A stretch of 64,000 bases of DNA from Aureisphaera galaxeae (GCF_028561275.1 NZ_JAQQTF010000002.1:340812-404811), one strand, 5' to 3'; positions 41,061 to 49,903 are shown, numbered from the stretch's first letter. The notes: a model not told the origin generated them from the letters alone. Program-made: numbers and translations.

Positions 41061-41465
41061 TTATGGCTTTGCAATCTCTGAAATAACTTTAGAAAGTGCT
41101 TTTCCGAAAGCAACAGGCTCCGCGGCTGCAATTTCCGAGAAAACCACAGGTTCGGCGGCTGCAATTTCCCCAATCATTGCGGGTTCTGCAGCAGCGATTT
41201 CCGAGAATAGGGTAGGCTCTGCGGCCAATAGGTTTCCTAGGATAACAGGTTCGGCAGCGGCGATTTCCGTAAGCATAGTAGGCTCGGCAGAAATAATTTT
41301 TTCGAGCATAGCGGGTTCTGCCGCTAGCAATTCGCTAATCATAGCAGGCTCTGCGGCCGCTATTTCATTCATTAATGCACTTTCATTGGCTTGAAATCGG
41401 CTGATTTCTCCAGCCTCTTGTTGCATCGATCTAAAAGCATCGTATTTTCCACTTTTTTTCCCCAT
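41061..41465 (-). CDS. Acidic Ala-rich tandem-repeat protein (8 x 11-residue repeat AAAEPxMxxEI); coding strand uncertain
   Basis: Minus-strand ORF of 134 aa with a non-repetitive N-terminus (MGKKSGKYDAFRSMQQEAGEISRFQ), eight 11-aa repeats and the tail SKVISEIAKP. It is co-oriented with the downstream operon and about 90 nt upstream of it. An alternative plus-strand ORF (41035-41394, repeats TGSAAAISE) is open through the same repeats. Confidence 0.45.
   Translation of the reverse strand: MGKKSGKYDAFRSMQQEAGEISRFQANESALMNEIAAAEPAMISELLAAEPAMLEKIISAEPTMLTEIAAAEPVILGNLLAAEPTLFSEIAAAEPAMIGEIAAAEPVVFSEIAAAEPVAFGKALSKVISEIAKP
41116..41379. repeat. Tandem array of eight 33-nt repeats (GGyTCnGCnGCnGCnATTTCC...)
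   Basis: Eight contiguous 33-nt units with no spacers, so not CRISPR-like. Units diverge mostly at codon third positions, consistent with a protein-coding repeat. Confidence 0.85.
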
Positions 41466-41663
41466 GATATTTAAATTTTATTGATTAGTCCGATTTTATC
41501 CTTTATTGGGGAGGTTTCTAGCTTATGGGAACCGGGAAATTGTCCCGAAAGGCCTTTGTGAAACAGAAAGGATGTTAAAGGTAGCTAATAATCAGCATGT
41601 TATGTAGGGGAAAACCCCCAAATTAATTAGGGTTTTACCCGTACTTCTTGGAGTTTTGGGAGG

Positions 41664-42140
41664 CTATTGGGACAATTCGTTGGCTTTTTCCCACACCCAG
41701 GAAGATTCCCATCCTCTGTACAGGAGATAATCGACGAGCTTCTTCTTTTTCCGCAGGATAGCCGTTTCCCCCTTTAATTGTTCCCATCTTTTTTCGGCCA
41801 ATTGGTGGAAGGTTGCCGTGTATTCACTTTCAGAAATTTCCTTAAGGGCTATTGTAATATTGTATTTAGAAATATCCCGCAATTTCAATTCCCGAACAAT
41901 ACGATTTCGCCCCCATTTCTTGGTGTGGAATTTCCCACGGGCAAAACTTTGGGCGAAACGGGTTTCGTTGAGGTAACCTTCGGTAATGAGATTGTGCACA
42001 ATAAGATCAATTGCATCCGGTATCATACGCATTTCCCTAAGCTTGGAGACCACTTCTTTATGACAGCGCTCCTGATAGGCGCAGTAGCGTTGTAAACGTC
42101 TTTTGGCTTCGGTTACCGTGTAGGTCTTGTGTTTCTCCAC
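41664..42140 (-). CDS. recX: Recombination regulator RecX
   Basis: 158 aa with three helical repeats typical of RecX (RRLQRYCAYQERCHKEVVSKLREMRM, ALIEYLL-like repeats). Confidence 0.8.
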   Translation of the reverse strand: MEKHKTYTVTEAKRRLQRYCAYQERCHKEVVSKLREMRMIPDAIDLIVHNLITEGYLNETRFAQSFARGKFHTKKWGRNRIVRELKLRDISKYNITIALKEISESEYTATFHQLAEKRWEQLKGETAILRKKKKLVDYLLYRGWESSWVWEKANELSQ

Positions 42141-42280
42141 AGGGCGAAGATATACTTTTCGATAATAATGCTATGGCTTTGTAAATAAGTGAATTACTGA
42201 TTTCGGTCATATTTTTCGAGAGGATATTGAGCTACATTTCAACATGAGATAGCATAGGTTACTAACTAAATCTTCGCATT

Positions 42281-43012
42281 ATGGAACTAAAGAAAAATCC
42301 CGAAGCAAGTCTACATCGCTGGAGTACGGTTTTCTTCTTACTCGGGCTTGTGTTCATATTATTCATTACATGGAGATCGGTAGAATTGAAAACCTTTAAC
42401 CATCAAGAAGAAGCACAAGCCGTACAGATCGTAAGCGACGATTTGGAAAGCGATATTCCTGTAACACAACAAGTGATCCCGCCTCCACCACCACCTCCGC
42501 CTATGGCGGCATTGCCTCAAGTAATTAATGTTGTGGAAGATACAGAAGAAGTGGAGGAATCTGTTTTTGAGTCGACCGAGACGGATCAGACCCAAGAAAT
42601 TGTTGAAATTGAAACCATAGAGGAATTTGAAGAGGAGGAGGAGATTGTAGATATCCCTTTCGCTGTTATCGAGCATGTGCCCATTTATCCAGGCTGCGAA
42701 GGGTTGAGTGACAATGCCGCTCAAAAGAAATGTATGGCAGATCGTATTATGCAGTTTGTGCAAGTGAACTTCAATACCGAACTGGCCAATGACTTGGGGC
42801 TAGAGGGACAACAACGCATTAATGTTATGTTTAAAATAGACCATAAAGGAGATGTGGTGAATGTGCGTGCACGTGCCCCACATCCAAAATTGGAGGAAGA
42901 AGCGATTAAGGTAGTACGGTCACTTCCCAAAATGACACCGGGTAAACAACGGGGCCGACCTGTTGGAGTGCTGTACGCGTTACCTATTTTGTTTAAGGTA
43001 GAAGTAGGGTAA
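42281..43012 (+). CDS. tonB: Energy transducer TonB
   Basis: N-terminal TM helix. Pro-rich spacer (PPPPPPPPPMAALP). C-terminal TonB domain (YPGCEGLSDNAAQKKC...). Confidence 0.75.
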   Translation: MELKKNPEASLHRWSTVFFLLGLVFILFITWRSVELKTFNHQEEAQAVQIVSDDLESDIPVTQQVIPPPPPPPPMAALPQVINVVEDTEEVEESVFESTETDQTQEIVEIETIEEFEEEEEIVDIPFAVIEHVPIYPGCEGLSDNAAQKKCMADRIMQFVQVNFNTELANDLGLEGQQRINVMFKIDHKGDVVNVRARAPHPKLEEEAIKVVRSLPKMTPGKQRGRPVGVLYALPILFKVEVG

Positions 43013-43056
43013 AAATAAAAAACCCTCCGTCGCATGAAGCTAAGGAGGGTTTTGAG

Positions 43057-44601
43057 TTATTTAATCTCGTTCCCATCTTTATCGTGAAAGTGGTATTCGA
43101 GGTATGTGTAAGCATCTCTAGGTAAAATTTTAACCCATTTTTTGTGCTCCATGAACCATTTGGTTCGCACAGATGGAAAGCCTTTGGTTAAAAAGGCCGC
43201 TATAAAAGGATGTGTGTTTAGGGTTACCTTTTTATAGTCTTTGTTGAAGAGGCGTTTTAGCTCCTCTTCCATTTTTTGCACCAATACGATTGGGGCTTCC
43301 ACTTCACCGCTTTCTCCATTATTTGGATTTTCTTCACGGGTCTTAATGTTTACCTCTGGTCGTACTCTTTGGCGCGTAATTTGAACCAAGCCAAATTTAC
43401 TTGGGGGAAGAATTTTGTGCTTCGCTTTGTCGTCTTTCATTTCGTCCCGGAGGTGATTGTAGAGTGCTTTTCGATTTTCGGGTTTCCCCATATCGATAAA
43501 GTCTACTACAATGATTCCGCCCATATCACGAAGCCTAAGCTGTCGGGCCACTTCACTGGCCGCTATGAGGTTTACTTCTAGTGCGGTTTCTTCTTGGGTT
43601 TTAGACTTATTGCTTCGGTTACCACTGTTCACGTCTATAACGTGCAGTGCCTCGGTGTGTTCTATCACCAAATAAGCCCCTTTTGCTCCAGAGACGGTTT
43701 TACCAAAGGAAGTTTTTATTTGTCTCTCGATCCCGAACTTCTCAAAAATGGGAACCCTAGAATCGTAGAGCTTAACAATATTCTCTTTTTTGGGTGCAAT
43801 TTCTTGCACATAATCTTTTATTTGTAGGTAGAGGTTTTCGTCATCTATATGAATGGCAGAGAACGAATCGTTAAAAACATCCCTAATAATGGATGCCCCT
43901 CTGTTTAACTCTCCTAACACCTTTGAAGGGTGGTGCGCTCCCCGTAGCTTTTTGCACATCGCGTTCCAGCGATCTACGAGATTTTGTAAATCTCTATCCA
44001 GTTCTGCTACTTTTTTGCCCTCGGCTACAGTTCGTATGATAACACCAAATCCTTTGGGCTTAATACTATTGATTAAGCGTTTAAGCCTGTCTTTTTCTTC
44101 ACGGGTCTCTATCTTTTGTGAAATAGAAACACGATCCGAAAATGGAACCAAGACGATGTACCGTCCGGCTATGGAAAGCTCGGAGCTAATACGTGGTCCT
44201 TTGGTGGAAATGGGTTCCTTAACGATCTGAACAAGAATGGATTGATTGTTTTTAAGGGCATCGTTTATGCCTCCGTTTTTATCAATCTCCTTCTCAAATG
44301 GGAAATTTTTTAAAGAGTAATCTCTTAGTTTACCTGTGCTTACACGTTTTACGAACTTGAGCAAAGAAAGGACTTTGGGTCCCAGATCATGATAGTGCAA
44401 GAATGCATCTTTTTCGTAGCCTACATTAACAAATGCGGCATTGAGTCCGGGAACAGTTTTCCGTATTTTGGCGATAAACACGTCACCAACGGAGAACTTA
44501 TTGTTTTCCTCTTCTTTGTGAAGTTCGACTAGTTTTCCATCTTTTAAAAGGGCAAAATCAACTTCTTGTGAACTGGATCTAATGAATAATTCGTAGCTCA
44601 C
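43057..44601 (-). CDS. rng: Ribonuclease E/G family (RNase G)
   Basis: N-terminal S1 domain (VGDVFIAKIRKTVPGLNAAFVNVGYEKDAFLH). RNase E/G catalytic core. 514 aa. Confidence 0.85.
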   Translation of the reverse strand: MSYELFIRSSSQEVDFALLKDGKLVELHKEEENNKFSVGDVFIAKIRKTVPGLNAAFVNVGYEKDAFLHYHDLGPKVLSLLKFVKRVSTGKLRDYSLKNFPFEKEIDKNGGINDALKNNQSILVQIVKEPISTKGPRISSELSIAGRYIVLVPFSDRVSISQKIETREEKDRLKRLINSIKPKGFGVIIRTVAEGKKVAELDRDLQNLVDRWNAMCKKLRGAHHPSKVLGELNRGASIIRDVFNDSFSAIHIDDENLYLQIKDYVQEIAPKKENIVKLYDSRVPIFEKFGIERQIKTSFGKTVSGAKGAYLVIEHTEALHVIDVNSGNRSNKSKTQEETALEVNLIAASEVARQLRLRDMGGIIVVDFIDMGKPENRKALYNHLRDEMKDDKAKHKILPPSKFGLVQITRQRVRPEVNIKTREENPNNGESGEVEAPIVLVQKMEEELKRLFNKDYKKVTLNTHPFIAAFLTKGFPSVRTKWFMEHKKWVKILPRDAYTYLEYHFHDKDGNEIK

Positions 44602-44793
44602 GTTGCTTGATTTTTATCCCGTACCCATATATGGGTTTCGGAATGGATTAAACAATATTTTATCACAGGAATTTTGTAGTCCGCATGTAAACGGACTGGG
44701 TAAAACCTGCAGAAATCGAGTGTTTTAATTTCGATTTCGTTGTCAAAGAACGATTTATAAGTTAGTTTCCTAAAAGAAAAAAGTAGTTAAAAA

Positions 44794-44883
44794 CTACTTC
44801 TTCTTGTGGCGGTTAGCGCGACGTCTTTTCTTGCGCTTGTGTGTTGCAACCTTATGTCTTTTTCGTTTTTTACCGCTTGGCAT
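44794..44883 (-). CDS. Small highly basic 29-aa protein (bTHX/mS38 (AURKAIP1/COX24)-like ribosome-associated peptide)
   Basis: Minus-strand ORF MPSGKKRKRHKVATHKRKKRRRANRHKKK, too short for the ORF track. It resembles the small Lys/Arg-rich peptides annotated AURKAIP1/COX24-domain or Thx in Bacteroidetes. It sits between the HU gene and rng. Confidence 0.45.
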   Translation of the reverse strand: MPSGKKRKRHKVATHKRKKRRRANRHKKK

Positions 44884-44935
44884 ATTGATTTTTTTATGGA
44901 AGTCCCACAAGGCTACTGTGGGACCCTATTGGTTA

Positions 44936-45226
44936 TTACTTTACTTCGACGTTGGTCTTAACTCCTTCCACAAATACTTTAGCTGGCTTAAAAGCGGGGA
45001 TGTTGTGTGCAGGAATTTTAATAGTTGTGTTCTTCGAAATGTTTCTTCCAGTTTTCTCAGCTCTCTTCTTGATGATGAAGCTTCCAAAACCACGTAGATA
45101 TACGTTGTCTCCGCTTTCAAGAGAATTTTTTACTTCGCTCATAAAGGATTCAACTGTAGCTTGAACGTCTCCTTTTTCCATTCCTAGTTTTTCCGAGATC
45201 CTTGCTACGATATCTGCTTTTGTCAT
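44936..45226 (-). CDS. hup: HU-family DNA-binding protein
   Basis: 96 aa with the HU/IHF signature (GDNVYLRGFGSFIIKKRAEKTGRN...NIPAFKPAK). Confidence 0.9.
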   Translation of the reverse strand: MTKADIVARISEKLGMEKGDVQATVESFMSEVKNSLESGDNVYLRGFGSFIIKKRAEKTGRNISKNTTIKIPAHNIPAFKPAKVFVEGVKTNVEVK

Positions 45227-45362
45227 TCTGTTAAGTTTAAATTAATAAATAAGTACAATCAAATTGGGTCGTTTTTCAAGACGGCAAATATAAACATTTT
45301 ACTTTCAAATAATCAAATCGTAATTGGTTAAATTATAAATAGATAACGCTTACATTTACCGG

Positions 45363-46424
45363 ATGCCAAAAAATACAACTTTTTTTTCTAAAAAACTCAT
45401 TTTGTGGTATTTACAAAATGGACGGAATTTACCTTGGCGGGAAACGCGCGATCCATACCACATTTGGCTGTCCGAAATTATCTTGCAACAAACCCGCGTC
45501 GCACAAGGAATGCCATATTACCTCAAGTTTACAGAAACGTTTCCTACGGTTTACGAATTGGCACGGGCTCCCGAAGAAAAAGTACTGAAATTGTGGCAAG
45601 GATTGGGGTACTATTCCAGGGCTCGAAATTTACATTTCACCGCTCAGACCATCGTAGATAAATATGAAGGTGTCTTTCCAAACAACTACAAAGAATTATT
45701 GTCCTTAAAAGGCGTAGGTGACTATACGGCCAGTGCCATTGGTTCCATTTGTTTCGACCTCCCCACAGCAGTGGTAGATGGCAATGTATATCGTGTGCTT
45801 TCAAGGGTGTTCGGAATCGATACTCCGATTAATAGTGTTGCCGGTATAAAAGAGTTTAAAGAGTTGGCCCAATTACTTATAGACGAAAAGCAACCCGGTA
45901 CCTTCAACCAAGCCGCTATGGAGTTTGGTGCCAGGCATTGCACGCCCCAAAACCCTGATTGCGATTCCTGTATTTTCAATACACATTGCGAGGCAAGGCT
46001 TCAGACACGAGTAGACTCCCTTCCGGTAAAACTTCAGAAGAACAAAATAAAAACACACTACTACAATTATATTGTTCCTATATATAATGGAACTACTTTT
46101 TTGGAACAGCGAACGGGAAAGGGGATTTGGCAACAACTTTATCAATTCCCGTTGGTGGAAAGCCCTAAGGAAATGAATACTAAAAAACTGGAGGGACTAT
46201 CCGAATATCAAACACTGAAAGAAAAGTTTGGTATTGAGGAGATTACCCTTTTCAATACGGAAACCATAGTTCACAAACTTTCGCATAAGCATCTGCATAC
46301 GCGCTTCTGGATTGCCGAGGCAAGTGCTGTGGAAAATGGAATCGAATTTTCTGAAGTGGAAAAATATCCCGTTCCCATTCTGATCGGAAATTTCATTCAG
46401 GCATTTGGAGCATTCCACGGATAA
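45363..46424 (+). CDS. mutY: A/G-specific adenine DNA glycosylase
   Basis: HhH-GPD domain (LPWRETRDPYHIWLSEIILQQTRV). 4Fe-4S Cys cluster CTPQNPDCDSCIFNTHC. C-terminal NUDIX-like domain. Confidence 0.9.
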   Translation: MPKNTTFFSKKLILWYLQNGRNLPWRETRDPYHIWLSEIILQQTRVAQGMPYYLKFTETFPTVYELARAPEEKVLKLWQGLGYYSRARNLHFTAQTIVDKYEGVFPNNYKELLSLKGVGDYTASAIGSICFDLPTAVVDGNVYRVLSRVFGIDTPINSVAGIKEFKELAQLLIDEKQPGTFNQAAMEFGARHCTPQNPDCDSCIFNTHCEARLQTRVDSLPVKLQKNKIKTHYYNYIVPIYNGTTFLEQRTGKGIWQQLYQFPLVESPKEMNTKKLEGLSEYQTLKEKFGIEEITLFNTETIVHKLSHKHLHTRFWIAEASAVENGIEFSEVEKYPVPILIGNFIQAFGAFHG

Positions 46425-46484
46425 AAAACGTATATTTATTTTTACAATATGTACTTTTGTAAATCAGAATTTTAGAATTAAACC

Positions 46485-46964
46485 ATGAGTGGAACATTGA
46501 ACAAAGTCATGCTGATAGGGCATACAGGAGATGAAGTAAAAATGACTTATTTTGAAGGTGGTGGTTGTATTGGAAGATTCCCTTTGGCGACCAACGAAAC
46601 CTATACCAATAGAACAACAGGCGAGCGGGTATCCAATACCGAGTGGCACAATATTGTGGTACGCAATAAAGGCGCAGAGATTTGTGAAAAGTACCTAAAG
46701 AAAGGGGATAAGGTGTATATCGAAGGCCGTATTAAGACACGAAAGTGGCAGGACGAGCAAGGGAACGACCGGTATAGTACCGAAATTCAATGCACCGATT
46801 TTACATTCCTTACCCCAAAGAACGAAAGCAATATGATGGGTGGCCAAGTTCCTTCACAGGGCACTAGTCAACCTGTGAACCCAGTAACTCCTTCTCCTGC
46901 GCAACCACAGGCGAATCCGGTTCAGGAACCGATAGGGGAAGAGGATGACGATCTGCCGTTCTAA
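46485..46964 (+). CDS. ssb: Single-stranded DNA-binding protein
   Basis: OB-fold N-terminal (MSGTLNKVMLIGHTGDEVKMTYFEGGG). Gly/Pro/Gln-rich tail ending DDDLPF. Confidence 0.9.
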   Translation: MSGTLNKVMLIGHTGDEVKMTYFEGGGCIGRFPLATNETYTNRTTGERVSNTEWHNIVVRNKGAEICEKYLKKGDKVYIEGRIKTRKWQDEQGNDRYSTEIQCTDFTFLTPKNESNMMGGQVPSQGTSQPVNPVTPSPAQPQANPVQEPIGEEDDDLPF

Positions 46965-46985
46965 TGTTAAACGAAATTCGGGAAT

Positions 46986-48296
46986 TTGGATCCAGAACCT
47001 CCTAGCTTACTTTTTATTTCGTTACTGAGTCTCTCTCAGATTTCCGGGATTGTATTCTTATTCATTTTGTTGGTTTGCTCCGCCCTTATTTCGGGCGCAG
47101 AAGTGGCCTTTTTCTCTTTGGCCCCGACCGATTTCGATCCCAAGGATGGAAAGCCCTCTAGGCGTCTTGAGTTGGTAGAGAAGTTGCTGTCCAAGCCCAA
47201 GAAATTGTTGGCTACGATCTTGGTGGCCAACAACCTTATTAACATCGCAATTGTACTTTTGTTCGCAACGCTATTCGATCCGTATTTTGAAGGAATTGCA
47301 GATAAGTACACCCGATTTTTACTAAAGGTGGTAGGGGTTACTTTCCTAATCCTTTTGTTTGGTGAAATATTGCCGAAGATCTACGCCAGCAGGAACAAGA
47401 TCTCTTTTTCCACCTTTATGGCTTACCCTATTAATGTATTGAGCACTCTGTTCGCTCCACTTAGCAACCCTATGCGTTCCATCACCCTGTTTATGGAAGA
47501 TCGATTTGGGAAGCATAAATCGAACATTAGTGTAGATCAATTATCGCAGGCATTGGAGCTTACCTCGGAAGAAGATACCACCCAAGAAGAACAGAAAATA
47601 CTGAGGGGGATTGTTACTTTTGGAAATACCGATACCAAGAATGTCATGCGCCCTCGAATGGATATTTTCGCACTGAACGAAGAGTCGTCCTATATCGAAA
47701 TCATGCCAGAAATTATTGCCAAGGGATACTCACGGATCCCTGTTTATAAAGAAAGCATTGATAATATTACCGGAGTGCTGTACGTGAAGGATTTACTGCC
47801 TCATTTAGATCGGAAACAATTGGATTGGTTATCGTTGAAAAGAGAAGCCTATTTTGTTCCAGAGAACAAGAAGTTGGACGATTTGCTGAATGAATTCAAA
47901 GACCGTAAAATGCACTTGGCCATCGTGGTAGATGAGTACGGCGGAACCAGCGGATTAATTTCTCTGGAAGATATTATTGAAGAGATTGTAGGGGATATTA
48001 GCGATGAGTTCGATGATGACGATCTGGAATTCTCCAAACTGGACGATACGACATATGTGTTCGAAGGGAAGACGCCCATCAAAGATTTCTACAGGGCCAT
48101 TAAATTAGAGGAAATCGAACCTTTCGAAGAGGTAAAGGGAGAAGCCGAAACCTTAGCTGGGTTCTTGTTGGAAATCTCTAAAGGGTTCCCAAAGAAGAAA
48201 GAAGTAATAACTTTCCATAATTATTCGTTTACGGTAGAGGCATTCGAGAACAAACGAATAAAACGCATTAAACTATCGATAAACCCCAAAGCTTAA
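46986..48296 (+). CDS. gldE: Gliding motility-associated protein GldE (CNNM/HlyC-CorC family: DUF21 + CBS pair + CorC_HlyC)
   Basis: DUF21 TM domain, two CBS domains and a CorC-HlyC C-terminal domain. Position directly after mutY-ssb and before a GldD-like lipoprotein matches the gldE-gldD arrangement of Flavobacterium johnsoniae. Confidence 0.75.
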   Translation: MDPEPPSLLFISLLSLSQISGIVFLFILLVCSALISGAEVAFFSLAPTDFDPKDGKPSRRLELVEKLLSKPKKLLATILVANNLINIAIVLLFATLFDPYFEGIADKYTRFLLKVVGVTFLILLFGEILPKIYASRNKISFSTFMAYPINVLSTLFAPLSNPMRSITLFMEDRFGKHKSNISVDQLSQALELTSEEDTTQEEQKILRGIVTFGNTDTKNVMRPRMDIFALNEESSYIEIMPEIIAKGYSRIPVYKESIDNITGVLYVKDLLPHLDRKQLDWLSLKREAYFVPENKKLDDLLNEFKDRKMHLAIVVDEYGGTSGLISLEDIIEEIVGDISDEFDDDDLEFSKLDDTTYVFEGKTPIKDFYRAIKLEEIEPFEEVKGEAETLAGFLLEISKGFPKKKEVITFHNYSFTVEAFENKRIKRIKLSINPKA

Positions 48297-48306
48297 ATCC
48301 ATCTGT

Positions 48307-48882
48307 ATGTTGAAATTGAGAAATCTATTGGGAGGATTCCTTGCGATTGTATTGTTGCTCTGCTTTGCGGCATGTGGCGATGAGGTGATCGTAAAGCCTG
48401 CTTCCAAATTGCGGTTGGATTATGATTTGGCAAAATACGATAGCGTTTCTACGAAATGCCCATATTCGTTCGAGAAGAATCACTTATCCCGACTGGTGAA
48501 AAAGAGAGGTTGTGGGATTAACTTGGAGTATCCGCATATGAGGGCGACGGTGTACCTTACCTATCAACCTGTACAGAAAGACAACCTGAAAAAGTTATTG
48601 CAGGACGCTCAAAAGTTAACCTACGATCATACAGTGAAGGCCAATGAAATTTTTGAGCAGCCACGGGTGGATTCCATCAATAAGGTGTATGGAATGTTCT
48701 ATATGATTAATGGAGATGCCGCTACCCAGTCGCAATTTTATGTGACGGACAGCTTGAATCATTTCGTGACGGGATCCCTTTATTTTGAATCTAAGCCCAA
48801 TTTCGATTCTATTTACCCGGCAGTGGTGTATTTGCGGGATGACATCCGTCGCATTATGGAAACCATTAGTTGGGAGGAGTAG
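48307..48882 (+). CDS. gldD: Gliding motility lipoprotein GldD
   Basis: 191-aa lipoprotein (LLLCFAACGDE) lying immediately downstream of gldE. Size and context match GldD. Confidence 0.6.
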   Translation: MLKLRNLLGGFLAIVLLLCFAACGDEVIVKPASKLRLDYDLAKYDSVSTKCPYSFEKNHLSRLVKKRGCGINLEYPHMRATVYLTYQPVQKDNLKKLLQDAQKLTYDHTVKANEIFEQPRVDSINKVYGMFYMINGDAATQSQFYVTDSLNHFVTGSLYFESKPNFDSIYPAVVYLRDDIRRIMETISWEE

Positions 48883-49000
48883 GAAGCAACCTCACGACCT
48901 ATTGCGTATCTAAGCAAGGCAATCTGGTATTGTTAAAGTTATATTATAGCCCATTTACAGGTTCAATTTATTTCCCAATTTTGTTTCTTGAAAGCTGACC

Positions 49001-49903
49001 ATGAATAACTACACCCTCAAGTGGTTTTATCTTCTTATTCTCTCCCTTATTTGGGGAAGTTCCTTCATACTTATTAAGAAGGGATTGGTGGGCTTAACCG
49101 ATTATCAATTAGGGTCATTGCGTATCGTACTCACTTCTATATTTCTCTTTTCCGTAGGGTTTCGAAGCATGCGGCAAATTGGGAAGCGAGATTGGCTATG
49201 GGTAGCCATATCTGGATTTTTGGGAACCTTTTTTCCTTCCTTTTTATTTGCCATTGCCCAGAATCATATCGATAGTGGTGTTACCTCCATCCTTAATTCC
49301 ACCGTGCCTTTAAACACCTTGATTGTAGGGGCCGTATTATTTGGTATAGGCGTAACCCGAAGACAGGTTTGGGGCGTGTTTATAGGACTTTTGGGGACCA
49401 TTCTGCTCATCTTCGCAGGAATATGGATGCACCGCAATGGAGTAGATGAAAGTGCGGTTGCAGATCGCAATCATTGGTATGGAGGGCTCATCATCATTGC
49501 GACTATAGGGTATGCATTTAATGTAAACATCATTAAGAAGTACTTGAGCAATGTAAGTGCATTGGCAATTACTACGGGAAATTTCTTGTGTATCATCGTA
49601 CCCGCTTTTGTCATTTTGTATTACACTGGTTTCTTCGATGTGATCATGAGCGATCGACAGATGCAAATATCTTTTTGGTATGTGGTCATCCTCTCCTTGT
49701 TTGGGACGGCACTTGCTAAAGTCTTATTCAATAAACTGGTACACATTGCCAGCCCAGTCTTTGCTTCCTCGGTTACATATACCATGCCTATTGTAGCTGT
49801 TATGTGGGGGGTTATCGATGGAGAGCATTTTAGTTGGTTGCAATTGGTTGCAGCGATAATTATCCTGTTTGGGGTGTATCTTTCCAACAAAAGAGCGAAT
49901 TAA
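49001..49903 (+). CDS. EamA/DMT-family transporter
   Basis: 10 TM helices in two EamA repeats. 300 aa. Confidence 0.75.
   Translation: MNNYTLKWFYLLILSLIWGSSFILIKKGLVGLTDYQLGSLRIVLTSIFLFSVGFRSMRQIGKRDWLWVAISGFLGTFFPSFLFAIAQNHIDSGVTSILNSTVPLNTLIVGAVLFGIGVTRRQVWGVFIGLLGTILLIFAGIWMHRNGVDESAVADRNHWYGGLIIIATIGYAFNVNIIKKYLSNVSALAITTGNFLCIIVPAFVILYYTGFFDVIMSDRQMQISFWYVVILSLFGTALAKVLFNKLVHIASPVFASSVTYTMPIVAVMWGVIDGEHFSWLQLVAAIIILFGVYLSNKRAN

Noticed and set aside
41116-41379. Tandem direct repeats that could be mistaken for a CRISPR array
   Set aside because: Units are contiguous with no unique spacers. The period of 33 nt is a codon multiple, and the variation is at third codon positions. This is a protein-coding repeat, and no cas genes are nearby.
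41035-41394. Plus-strand ORF through the 33-nt repeat array (MPLDAKQVCYGFAISEITLESAFPKATGSAAAISE...)
   Set aside because: Not fully rejected, but considered less likely than the minus-strand ORF. It runs antisense to the surrounding operon and has a shorter, less protein-like N-terminus. Both frames share wobble positions, so sequence alone cannot decide.
44804-45097. 97-aa plus-strand ORF listed in the track
   Set aside because: It overlaps the well-supported HU gene (44936-45226, minus) and the small basic ORF (44794-44883, minus). It has no recognisable features and is a shadow ORF.
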